Assembly (NCBI RefSeq): GCF_963921235.1
Contig: NC_086107.1
Span: 96,596,001-96,660,000 of the forward strand
Length of the DNA: 64,000 bases
Reading direction: 5' to 3'
From: Mobula hypostoma
Taxonomy: Eukaryota
The notes beneath the pieces were generated by a model. The model was given only the letters and a program-made list of their open reading frames with translations. It was not told the origin of the DNA and did no database searches. Position 1 is the first letter of the stretch. Every line of letters starts with the position of its first letter. Shown piece after piece: positions 47,941 to 59,671 of the stretch. The position numbers and the translations under genes were made by a program.

Positions 47941-48110
47941 CGACAAATTTCAGAAGAATAAACTCTTCTCGGGCTTCCAGCCAGGTACAGATATCGATTA
48001 TAACCGGCATTTCGATGACAAACTCTGCCATCTTCTTCAGGGACCATCGAAACTTTGGTTACAATCATTACCTGTACCCGGCTAGAAGCCTGAGAAGAGT
48101 TTATTTGTCG
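47941..48110. mobile_element. Fold-back of a second, different PLE-like tail with its own hammerhead motif
   Basis: About 63-bp inverted arms; minus 48003-48042 reads CC-CTGAAGA-A-GATGGCAGAGTTTGTCATC-GAAA-TGCC-GG. Confidence 0.65.
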
Positions 48111-48614
48111 TATCTGCCAGGAAAGCACTAGATCAAACTTCTGAAGGTTACCTAGGCTCAAAAACAACCATGTACGGTGGTTAGTTTGCTTCTCTAATTT
48201 TTTCTTGGATTTGTTGCATGATAAAGATCATGTCCATTGGAGCTGTTGATAGAAGGGGTCAACATTATGAACCTGGAAAGAATTCTTTGAGGTGAATGGA
48301 GGTGGGGGGTGCTTTGCAATGACACTCCCAGTGTCAGGTAGCAGGATGACCCCTGTGTAATTCTGACCAAAGGAACATCATCTTTCTTAAAGATGATACT
48401 ATTATCGTATCTTTGAGGTCATCTGCCATGTTGGTCCCCTTCTCAGATGTGGGAGACAAGTTGTTATCACGTTCACTCCCATTTTATAGTCACTCTGCAG
48501 GAACTTTGTCTGTTCCGGAGACTTACCTTCTCAGCTGGTGGATAGTTCCCTCCATTTGCATCTGGTGTGGTTGCAGATTTCACCAAGCATGAGTCTATCT
48601 GATCCATGAATGCA

Positions 48615-49225
48615 TCTCCCGACAAGCTTTGACATATGTGTAGTGGAGAGTGTATTGCCTGGCTGCATCACAGCCTGGTATGGGAACACCAATGCCTTTG
48701 AACAGAAAATCCTATAAAAGGTAGTGGATTCAGCCCAGTACATCTCCTAACCTTTGAGCACATCTACGTGAAACACTGCTGCAGGATAGTAGCATCCAGC
48801 ATTAAGGATCTTTACCACCCTGGCCATGCTCTTTTCTTGCTGCTGTCATCAGGTAGAAGGTACAAGAGCCTCAGGACTCGGACCACCAGGTTCAAGAACA
48901 GTTACTGCTCCTCACCCATCAGGCTCTTGAATGAAAGAGGAAAACTATACTCACTTGCCTGTCCATTGAAATATTCCCACAATGAATGATCTCACTTTAA
49001 GGACTCTTTATCTTGTTATTTCATGTTCTCATTATTTATTGCTATTCATTTATATTTGCATTTGTTTTCTTTTCGATGCTCTACCTGATCTTTCATTGGT
49101 TCTGTTTAGAGTTACTGTTCTATAGATTTACTGGGTATGCCCGCAGGAAAAAGAATCTGAGGATGTATACTGTATGTGATATATACAGTATGTACTCCTG
49201 ATGATAAAATTTACTTTGAACTTTC
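48615..49225 (+). mobile_element. Rex-Babar 3' fragment with tail
   Basis: IKDLYHPGHALFLLLSSGRRYKSLRTRTTRFKNSY..IRLLN; ends in tactttgaacttt. Confidence 0.85.
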
Positions 49226-49313
49226 TTCTCCAGAAGTTCGTTACCCTTAATGGTTAACATACTTCAGAATCAGCAAACCACACTTACACATATTTTTTGT
49301 TATTTTCTCCCAG

Positions 49314-49658
49314 AATCATTGACTCCCCTTACCGTGACAGGAATTGTTGGAGAAAGTTCTCTTCTGCCTTGCATGAACACCGAGTTGGGAAAAAAAGTCA
49401 ATAATGAGATACGTGTTTACTGGCAAGTGGCGTCCCAGTGCATTTATGCCTTTTACTCAGGTCAGGAACATCCCGACCAGAACTACAGCCACAGAGCAAA
49501 GCTATTTTCCACAGAATTTAAACAAGGTAACTTCTCCCTCCTTCTGACTGACCTCCAAGTGAGTGACGAAGCCAAGTACATCTGCCTCATTCAGTTGAAA
49601 ACGCTGTCTTTGAATTACGACGTGGTACTAAAAGTTACAGTTACATTGCAAATAGCAG
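49314..49658 (+). CDS. B7-family gene, IgV domain exon
   Basis: Acceptor ttttctcccag|, donor CAG|GTAAAG; 345 nt, phase 1-1. ESLTPLTVTGIVGESSLLPC..IRVYWQ..YSHRAKLF..GNFSLLLTDLQVSDEAKYICLI..VTVTLQIA: canonical B-strand Cys, C-strand Trp and DxxxYxC. Confidence 0.95.
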
Positions 49659-50859
49659 GTAAAGATTTGCTTCTTGTTTTTAAACTTTTCTCGATCAGAG
49701 CAAGGGTAGTGACAAATTGGAAGGGAAAGCCAAATTGAAAGGGTTTGCCGTATATTATGGAAAACGGAGCTTGCTTAAGAAATGGGGTAAACACACAAAG
49801 GAGCAGGAGGAACTCGGTGTGCCAGGCAGCATCTGTGTAGTGAAGTGGACAATCGATGCTTTGGGTCGAAACCCTTCAGCAGAACTTGTGTTTGAAATGG
49901 GCGTGTCACTTCCTATGTTGTAGATGGCAGTTGCTCCTCTAATGGTGCAGTGTACAGGGAGGGTCTCCAGTGCAAGTTTGTTTGGACCCAGCAGTAGGTG
50001 ATTATAGATAGATCCCGGTTGCAGACCGGGACGGTTCTTGGACAAGAAAAAAACAGAGCGGTGACCAGTGCTTTGTATAAAAGATCAAGAATTTATTAAG
50101 CACAAAATTGCATACTTAACCATGGGCAAGAATGCCTGAATGCCCTTGGCCTTTGAAAGTACCCCAGAGACAGTGGTATGTTCTGCTGGTAGCTCTCAGT
50201 CATGCCTTCCAAATCAGTGCAAATACCTCTCCTATGTTATTCCTCAATCCTCAGACTCTATCAATGTCCTCACTTAGTTTGTAAAAGGTCCACTGGTTTT
50301 CTTGGTTCTAGTGTTTAATTATTGCACACCCACCATGGACTAACTTTCTCACCCCACCCAGCTTGGAAGCTAATTGCAATTTGGCCTGTTCACAGATTCT
50401 ATGTTTCTACATGTTCAATTTCTCTGCTTTTACATGTAAGTAAATTAATGAAAGTTATGTGCTTTTTTTTTCCTCAAAAGATTGTTGTACCTGTGGAAGT
50501 GCGTTTATTAACACTTTCTTGAAGAGTCATTTGGTTTACAAAGCTTGGATTTCAGATATTTGTGGACTCAAGAATTTCAGGCTGATGGTTTGTTATGTTA
50601 CTAAGATGAGATAATGTATAGGACCAGCCAAAGGCTATGAAAGACAGTGTAGATTCATAGAAGCATACAGCACAGAAATAGTTCATTCAGTCTGACTCAT
50701 CCATTTTGACCAAGTAGCCCATATAACTGAATCTCACTGCCTCCATTTGGACCATAATCACATTAAATCTTTTCTCTCCATGTACCTCCTAGATTTTGTG
50801 ATCTCCTGGAATTTATTCATCTTCCAGTGTTAGGAACTTCTCTTATATTCCTTCAAATG

Positions 50860-51590
50860 TTCAAAGGTTCAAAGCACATTTATTATCAAAGAAAGTATAA
50901 ATTATACACCTTGAAATTTGTCTGCTTGCAGGCAGCCACAAAGCAAGAAACCCGAATAACCGAATTTAAAAAAAGACCAGAAAACCACTGTGCAGAGAAA
51001 GAGAGAGAGAGAAAAAAAACCCGGATGATGCAAACTACAGAAGCAAGCCAATGGCATTCTGAACCAGACTGAACCATCAGGAGCAGCTGGAGTAGGTCCG
51101 AATTCATCACAGCAGCGGGGCAAAAATGCACAGCAACCAGATCAGTTCGCAGCCTTGACGCCGCGGAAAAGGGAATGAACATTCTTAGGAGATGACGCGA
51201 AATCAGCCCCACCCTCGCCTCTGTACCTGACACTCAGGCTTCCAGTCTACCTGTGCTGATGTTTAAATTGTTCAGGCTCTGAGAAGTGCCTCGCTCTAGG
51301 ACCTGTAGCGACACACCCAGACTGCAAAGCCCGAAGCCCGAATCGCTCGGCGCTTGGGGTGATCCAACCTCGCACCTGGGTTAGGGGTGGACAGGCATCA
51401 AAACTCTCCCCTCATCGACTGCTCTCCAAATCGCTCACTCTAACTGCGACAGCGATACCATCTCCATCTGCAACCCCGGCTCAAACATGTTGCGCTTCGC
51501 AATGCCCCTGCACGGCTCACCCCCCACCCCTGAACCAGCCTCCCTTCTTCCTTCCTCCTCACTGTGGTGATTTGCTTCAGAAAATATGTT
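50860..51590 (-). mobile_element. LINE-derived 3' tail or non-autonomous element
   Basis: caaaggttcaaagcacatttattatcaaag..aaatttgtctgcttgcaggcagccacaaagcaagaaaccc is the same tail class as the Rex-Babar ends; the 5' extent is uncertain. Confidence 0.55.
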
Positions 51591-53119
51591 ATAGGTAGTG
51601 TTATTTATTCATTTAAATAGGACTAAAGTAAATTGTCTCTCAGGAAATTACATGGTTGTTGGGGTAAGGTTTAATAGTACGTAGAGACTACAGCATGTCA
51701 AGTTTACTGTCATTCAACCGTACACATATCTACCGCCAAGCGAGTCAACGTCGCTCTGGACCAAGGTGAACAACACAGTACATATATCTCACACACACAT
51801 AACATATAAAGTAATATTACCACAAATAATAAGGTGCATGTGCAATTCAAGTTTAAAAATTGAGCAGCATTACTCTACTAGCACCTCATTGGTGAAGAGT
51901 CCTGCTTGGTAGCAGTGAATGCAGTAGTCCTATGGCCTGGGGGGAAGAAGCTTTTTCCCATCCTAACAGTTCTTGTCCTAATGTTATGATGTCTCCTGCC
52001 TGATAGTTGGTGGGGGTGGGGTGGGTTCTTGTCTCAATCTCCTCAGGATGTGGAGATGCTGCTGTGCTTTTTCGACCAAAGAGGTGGTGTTGAGGGTCCA
52101 GGTGAGATCGCGTGTTGTGTGCACTCCCAGAAAGGAGCCGTGTATGATGTACAGGGAGGAGTGGTCAGCCTCCCCCTTCCTGGAGTCCATAATCATCTCT
52201 TTGGTCTTGTCCACTTTGAAACTCGAGCTGTTGCCTTGCTTGTAGATGAATAAATAAGCGATGATTCTTTCAATATTCCTTCACTGAATGTCGGCCTTGT
52301 TGGGAGGCTGGCATTTACTTCCCTATTCCAAATTGCCTGTTGAATGAAAGTTTAAAGAAATAGATTCTCAAGTAAGCTTGGCTATGGGGAGAAAAGTCTT
52401 TGATGTCCTCCCAGCATTTCCCTGGTGAATCTACCAGACACTGTCGTAGGATGGGTTTCTTTTCCTGCCGGTCTGTTTTTACAGGGCATCAGTAAGTGAG
52501 TTACGACTGGCCAGATGCACACAAGTCCCAAGGAAACAGATTTAAGAAAGGCTAAAATTCCTTAATCTTTACTTAAGGTCAAGAGATTACAAGTTTAACA
52601 TCTCAGCTCACGCTGTGCTGCTGTTCCTTCTCAAATCCCCTGCTCTTGAAGTAAGGGGGAACGTATTCTCATTCCAGAGGTCAGTCCACTGATGATCTGA
52701 TAAACATGATGTCTGGTGACTAACCAAGCCACCCTTTCCATGGCTTTAATATGTCCGTGGCTGAGTTTTAAGACGAACAACGCACATAAGGAGCTCAAAT
52801 TGGAACTACCCTTCCATCAGCATACAAAACGGAGACCTCCCCCTCCTGCTCTGTGATTACTGAAGCCTGCTAATTGTACATTGACTTGAAAAGACGTGTT
52901 GGTAGCTCCTCCAGGAACTCATTGTGATCTTCAATATGGAACCTGTTTGGATCAGTAATTGGCATTCGCGTTCAAGCGAGCTCTCTGACTCACTCAACAG
53001 TTTTTGAATAACAGCATTCAATAGGCTCTTGGCTGACAGCCAGACAAGGAGCTCTATTTAAAAGTAGCATTGTGAATGCAATACACTTGAGGACAGTCAA
53101 AACCAAAGGCCTATCCCAC

Positions 53120-53475
53120 CTTCTGTGTTCCCCTCGTCCCCTGCCTCCCTGCCCCTCTCCCCCATTCACCCCACTTCCACACTCCCCCTCTGGCTCCTTG
53201 CTCCCTCTCATGCCTTGACTTTATCCATCCCGTTTCTCCCTTTCTCCCCTCTCCTCCCCTTCCCCTTCTCTCCCTCCTCTCTCCCCTTCCCTCCCCTGGC
53301 CCCTCTCCCCCACTCTCCCCACTCCCACTCACTCCCGCTCTGGTTCCTCGCTCCCTGTCGTGCCCTGACTTTATCCATCCCGTTTCTCCCTTCCTCCTCT
53401 CTTCCCCTTCTCTCCCCAATCACTCTCTCTGCTACCCCTCTCTCTCATCTCTCCCCTCTCCTCTCTTCCCATCAC
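53120..53475. repeat. Polypyrimidine low-complexity tract with an internal duplication of about 150 bp
   Basis: ctctgg[c/t]tcct[t/c]gctccct..tgactttatccatcccgtttctccct occurs twice, about 150 bp apart. Confidence 0.8.
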
Positions 53476-53749
53476 GACAATGCATGTGGTTATTAACCTT
53501 TAGGTTGATTTCTGGATGCCGGGACCTTGAAGTGCCTCCGACTGTTAGTGAGCAAGCAGTTGGCCATCCTGGCACAGAACTTCTGATGAAGCTCTGTCAC
53601 TGCTGTCTCTGCAGTTGGTTTATTACTGAGCCGTGTACCGAGATAACAGTGAAAACTTATCCTGCGTACTGTTCACACACACTGCATTGAGGTAGAAGAA
53701 GGTAAACCAATACCAGAATTCAGGGTGAGGTGTAAGCAACAAACCGCAA

Positions 53750-54025
53750 GGAAAAGGCAGCGCAGAGGCATAGCGGTCAGCAGCTCGGCGCGTTCCAGAG
53801 ATCGGAATTCAATCCGGTGCCGTTCTGTAAGGAGTCTCTGTACGCCCTCCCCCCGGAATGTGTGGGGTTCTCCCCGGGTGCTCCGGTTTCCTCCCACAGT
53901 CCAAAGACGTACTGGGCAGGTGAATCGGTCGTTGTAAACTGTCCCGTGATTGGGCTAGGCTTAATCGAGGTTGCTGGGGTGCTGCAGCTCGAAGGGCCGG
54001 AAGGGAGTAGTATCACGAAATAAAA
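53750..54025 (+). mobile_element. V-SINE-like element
   Basis: ggcatagcggtcagc..ggaattcaatcc..ggtttcctcccacagtccaaagacgtac; short AATAA tail. Confidence 0.8.
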
Positions 54026-54644
54026 TAAGTGAAATCATAACGAGATAGATTGCAATGTCAAGAGACCATGTTATTGTGCTAGGGAATTATCCAGTAGTTT
54101 TATAATAGCAGGGGTAGTATCTGTCCTTGAGCTCGGACATTTCACATGTGTCAGAGTTCCCCAGACAAGCAGTGTGACAGATAATCTGTACTTTTAGTAG
54201 TACTGGCCAGGGGATAAAAACTAGCCAGGGCATGAGGGGAACTCCTTTGATCTGAGTTAAGGTTGTGCTGCGGGATCGCCCTTGATCCGCTTTGTGTAAG
54301 ATCTCGGCTGACAGACATCGCTCAGTCAGCACCTTGCTGGTGCCTGTGGCCAGACTGCTTTAACGGAAACCACAACCTGACGGATCAAAAGCATAAGGGT
54401 TAGCCACCAGATCACACCTTACACCTAGCTCTGCTCCTCTCCCCCTTTGAAGTTGCCTATGTGTCACTGGTCACACACTCCTTCTGGGGACTTTCTGTTG
54501 ACACCATTCTCTTCTAATGTCTGTTGTGACGGTTTCTGCCAGGTCGCTTCTTTGGGTTGTTTGCACCCAGGCCTCTCTTGCACTGAGTATGAAGTACGGA
54601 ACAATAACTCGGTGCATGTTCTCTGTGGGATGACGTGGCTTTTT

Positions 54645-55420
54645 TTCACCACCTTTCAGATGGTGATGAAGGGGCATACAGGAGGGAGATATACCGACTG
54701 GTTGAGTGGTGTCCCAGCAACAACCTTTCACCTAATGTCAACAAGACCAAAGAGCTGATTGTGGACTTCCGGAAGGGTAAGATGAGGGAACACGAACCAG
54801 TCCCCATCAAGGGATCAGAAGTGGAGAGAGTGAGCAATTTCAAGTTCCTGGGTGTCAAGATCTCTGAGGATCTAACCTGGTCCCAACATATCAATGCAGC
54901 TGTAAAGAAGGCAAGACAGCGGCTGTATTTCATTAGGAGATTTGGTTTGTCACCTAAAATACTTGAAAACTTCTACAGATGTACTGTGGAGAGCATTCTG
55001 ACGGTCTGGTATGGGGCACAGGATTGAAGTAAGTTGCAGAAACTTGCAAAATTAGTCAGGTCCATCATGGGTACAAGGATCCGTAGTATACAGCATCTTC
55101 AAGGAGCAGTGCCTCAGGAAGGCAGCATCCATCATTAAGGACCCCCACCACCCAGGACATGCCTTGTTCTCATTGCTACCATCAGGAAGGAGGTACAGAA
55201 GCCTGAAGGCGCACACTCAGTGACTCCTGAGCATCTTCTTCCCCTCTGCCATCTGATTTCCAAATGGACATTGAACCCAAGAACACTATATCACTACTTT
55301 TTAAAATTACTGTTCTTTGCACTATTTATTTTAACTTACCTATTTAATAGCCATATATATATACTTAATGTAATTCAATTTTTCTCTTCTCTATATTTGC
55401 CAGTGATATTAAACCTGGTT
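54645..55420 (+). mobile_element. Rex-Babar 3' fragment
   Basis: LNVNKTKELIVDFRK..FKFLGVKISEDLTWSQHI..KKARQRLYF..FYRCTVESIL. Confidence 0.88.
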
Positions 55421-55509
55421 CTGCTCTCTCCCCTGTAACTCTTCTCCAGATAGTCTCCTTTGTTGTGAGGAAACGACTAATTCATACTGTTGGCTCCATT
55501 TCTTTGGGA

Positions 55510-55875
55510 TTGGACGGGCTAGATGCAGGAAGATTGTTCCCGATGTTGGGGAAGTCCAGAACGAGGGGTCACAGTTTGAGGATAGAGGGGAAGCCTTTTA
55601 GGACCGAGATTAGGAAAAACTTCTTCACACAGAGAGTGGTGAATCTGTGGAATTCTCTGCCACAGGAAGCTGTTGAGGCCAGTTCATTGGCTATATTCAA
55701 GAGGGAGTTAGATATGGCCCTTGTGGCTACGGGGGTCAGGGGGTATGGAGGGAAGGCTGGGGCGGGGTTCTGAGTTGGATGATTAGCCATGATCATAATA
55801 AATGGCGGTGCAGGCTCGAAGGGCCGAATGGCCTACTCCTGCACCTATTTTCTATGTTTTCTATGTTTTCTATGT
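55510..55875 (+). mobile_element. CR1 3' end with (TTTCTATG)n tail
   Basis: GLDAGRLFPMLGKSRTRGHSLRIEGKPFRTEIRKNFFTQRVVNLWNSLP. Confidence 0.9.
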
Positions 55876-56429
55876 AAATACATTATCATTTCGAATCAGC
55901 GTGGTTTCAAGTTAATGTGGACAGTGCCAAGTTAATGTTGAACTGGGAAATCTGAAGCCTGAGCCCTGGTCAACATTGACAGCACTGTGCTGGTTCTTGT
56001 AGTACTTGTAGTGTACTGCAATTAGAGCTGGTGTCTCAAATACAACATAGGACATTACAGCATGGTACAGTACAGGCCTTATGTTGTGCTGATCTTTCAA
56101 TCTACTCTAAGATAAATCTAATCCTTCCCTCCTACATAGCCCTCCATTTTTCTGTCATCCATGTGTCCATCTAAGGGTTAAAGATTACTAATGTATCTGC
56201 CACTACCACTGCCCTGGGCTGCACGTTGCACACAGCCAGCACTGACATCCCCCTACACTTCCTTCCAATCATTTTAAAATGACCCCTCGTATCAACCATT
56301 TCTACCCTGGAGAAAAGTCTCTGGCTATCCACTCGACCCAAGCCTCTTATCATCTAACACAGCCCTCATCCTCCTTCACTCCATGGAGAAAAGCCTTAGC
56401 TCCCTCAACCCATCCTCATAAGACAGGTC

Positions 56430-58400
56430 AGCAACTTTGCCATTACAAAGAAGGCACAGGCAGTGCCAATACTTTCTTAGAAGTTTGCAAAGATTCAGCA
56501 TGTCATCTAAAACTTTGACAAACTTCGATAGATGTACAATGGAGAGTACCCTGACTGCATCACGGCCTGGTATGGAAACACCAATTCCTGGAATGGAAAA
56601 GCCAACAAAAAGCAGTAGACACAGCACAGTCTATCATGGTAAAAGCCTCCCCATCATTGAGAAAGTACAAGGAGCATTGTTGTCGGAAAGTAGCATCTAT
56701 CATCAAGGACCGCTGCCATCCAGGCCATGCTCTCTTCTCACTGCTGCTACCAGGAAAGAAGTACAGGAGCCTCAGGTTCTACACTACCAGGTTCAGGAAC
56801 AATTATTACCCCTCAACTATCAGGCTCAGCATTTAATATCTTCGTCCCCTCAAAACCAATCTGTGAACTCTAAGACCTGGGCCTCAATGCCTACTTTGCA
56901 ATTGGATCCTGAATTTCCTCACTGGCAGATCCCAGTCAGTTTAGATTGGCGAAAACATCTCCTCCACAATCTCCATCAGCACAGGACCGCCACAGGGCTG
57001 TGTGCTTAGTCCCCTGCTCTTAGCCCTGCTGAAGGGTCTCTGCCCGAAACGTCGACTGTACTCTTTTCCATAGACGCTGCCTAGCCTGCTGAGTTCCTCC
57101 AGCATTTTGTGTGTCTCCTCCTGCTCTACTGGCTTTGCACCTATGACAGTGTGGCCAAGTACAGCGCCAACAGCATATATTGAGTTTGCCGATGACACCA
57201 CTGTTGTGGGCTGAATTAAAGGTGGTGATGAATCAGCAAACAGGAGAGACTGAAAATCTGGCGGAGAGGTGTAATAACACTAACCTCTCACTCAATGTCA
57301 GCAAGACCAAGGAACTGATTGTAGACGTCACGAGAGGGAAACCAGAGGTCCATGAGTCAGTAATCATAGGAGGATCAGAGATGGAGAAAGCCAGTTATTT
57401 TAAACTCCTGGGTGTCACTATCTCAGAGGACCTATCCTGGACCAATCATATAAATAAAATTGCAAAGAAAGCACAACAGTGCTTCTACTTCCTCATGACC
57501 CCGTGGAGGTTTGGCATGTCATCAAAAGCCTTGCGAACTTCTATAGATGTGTGGTAGAAAGTGTGCTGACCGGCTGCATTACAGCCTGGTATGGGGACAC
57601 CAATGCCTTTGAGCAGAAGATCCTATAAAAGGTAGTAGATTTGGCCCAGTACATCACGGGTAAAGCACTCCCAACCATGGAGCACATCTACATGAAATGT
57701 TGCTGTAGAAAAGCAGCATCCATCATCAAAGATCCTCACACCCGAGTCGTGCTCTTTTCTCACTGCTGCCATCAGGTAGAAGTTACAAGTGCCTCAGGGT
57801 TCACCCCACCAGGTTCAAGAACAGTTACTACCCCTCAACCATCAGGCTCTTGAACAGAAGGGGCTAACTAAACTCATTCCCACAACTGATGGTCTCACTT
57901 TAAGGACTCTTTATCTTGTTATTTCATACTTGTTTATTTATTGCAATGTATTTATATTTGTTTTTGCACGGTTCGTTGTTCATTGATTCTGTTTACAGTT
58001 ACTGTTCTGTAGATTTGCTACGTATGCCCGCAGGCAAAAGAATCTCAGGGTTGTATGTGGTGACATGTATGTACTCTAATAATATATTTTACTTTGAACT
58101 TGAACCAGAGGAGATAACTTTACTCAACTTCACTTGCCCCATCACTGAACTGTTTCCACAACCCTGTGGGCTCACTTTCAAGGACTCTACAATTCAAATT
58201 TTTGATATTTATTGCTTTTTTTTTCTTTTTGTATTTGCATAGTTTGTTGTCTTTTGTGTATCGGTTGTATGTCCATCTTTGTTGTGTGCAGTTTTTCGTT
58301 GATTCTGTCGTGTTTTCTGTGTACTTACTGTGAATGCCCACATGAAAATGTGTGGTCACATGTATGAACATTGATAACGAATTTACTCTGAGCTTCGAAC
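56430..58400 (+). mobile_element. Stacked Rex-Babar fragments
   Basis: Several copies of the RT and C-terminal motifs (SLNVSKTKELIVD, IIKDPH, LLPGKKYRSL) and two successive 3' tails. Confidence 0.8.
57021..57119 (+). mobile_element. 99-bp solo hammerhead-plus-tail insertion
   Basis: 8-bp TSD CCTGCTCT (57013-57020, 57120-57127); AGCC-CTGCTGA-AGGGTCTCTGCCC-GAAAC-GTC-GACT, with core A6 changed to C. Confidence 0.82.
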
Positions 58401-59320
58401 ATGCTCCCTAATCCAGGTAAATCATCTCTGCACCCTCTCTAAAGCTTGCACGTCCTTCCTATAATGAGACGATTGGAATGGAACAGAATATTCCAAGTAT
58501 GGTGGATCCATGGTTTTATAGAGCTCACAGGTTCAGTCGTGACCTGTGATGGTGTGTTCTCCCTCTGTCTGCATGAACTTCCCCCGGGTTCACTAGTGCT
58601 TCCCCCCCCCCACCAGCCCACCCCCTGTAATGCCAAGACATGCCAGGTTAGTAGGTTAGTTGAACACTAAGTTGCTCCCAGTGTGTAGGTGAGTGGTAGA
58701 ATCTGACTTGAGGCTGTTGGAAAGTAGACTGGGGTAGGGCAGGTAAGGGTGCTTGACGACGGGTGGGGAGGGGGACCTTGGCGGGTGGTTTTTATGCTGT
58801 ATCACACTATAACTCTTGGTTTCAGTGACATGGATCGTTTCCCACCATGACAGCTGGGGAATTTAATATTTAAATTCAAGTAATAACATGCCCAGCAGGA
58901 ATTACGAACAGATGCTCCTAGTCATGAAGCAATTAGTTGTCATAACAAACCATTTGAAAGGAAGTGGGCTTGGCCAGTGCCCCTACAATCCGAAACGTTG
59001 ACCATCCCACTGCCCCTGCCTCCACAGATACCGCCTGACCCACTGAGTTACTCCCACAGACTGTTTCATGCTGTCCTTGTCTGGCCCAGATACCTCCTCA
59101 GTTCATGGGCAACTGGAATTGATAAAACTGATGCCCTTTCCGGTGATGGCTACCCCGAGTGAGCAATTGAATAGTCAGCTTGAAGCTCTGGGATACTAGT
59201 GGAAAACTGGGGAATGGTTGTGGATCCATGCTCAGTAATTGCTGGAAGTGATGTGATCTGACTGATGAAACTGACTGGCAGACTCTGCGATCAACCACTA
59301 ACGTCCATTTTCATTTCTAG

Positions 59321-59608
59321 CCCACTACAAAGACCCTGAACTGACCGTAGAGGGAGAACAGAATGAAGGGGAGCCCATGAGGCTGACTTGCTCCTCATGC
59401 GGAGGTTATCCAGAACCAACTGTACACTGGACCAGTGGCTTCCTGGACATCGATGAAAACAGTACGGCCAAGGTTTACACTAATTGTTCTCCTGAGCACC
59501 TCTGCAATATTACCTCCACTCTGAGGATCCAGAGCCCAGTTAACAACGTTACCTGTAAAATATACAACGCTAAGCTGAAGGAGAATAAAACTGCAACGTA
59601 TTTCAGGA
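59321..59608 (+). CDS. B7-family gene, IgC domain exon
   Basis: Acceptor ttttcatttctag|, donor GGA|GTAAGT; 288 nt, phase 1-1. AHYKDPEL..MRLTCSSCGGYPEPTVHW..NITSTLRI..VTCKIYN: the B7-type CxSxxGYPxPxxxW motif. Confidence 0.95.
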
Positions 59609-59671
59609 GTAAGTGAAAATAGCAAACACACCTTTCTCCTTAAAATTTCCTTCAAGATAGACGTTGAGTGT

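Noticed and set aside
49250-49738. 162-aa ORF as a single-exon gene
   Set aside because: Only 49314-49658 is exon; the flanks are polypyrimidine tract and intron read-through.
50000-50260. Possible solo LTR on the minus strand
   Set aside because: It has a tttatt signal and an LTR-like look, but I could not define TG..CA ends or a TSD.
53111-53496. Pro/Ser/Leu-rich and Gly/Arg/Glu-rich ORFs
   Set aside because: Low-complexity polypyrimidine tract. Similar ORFs at 2566-2989, 41580-41877 and 43750-44165 are PLE 3' pyrimidine tracts.
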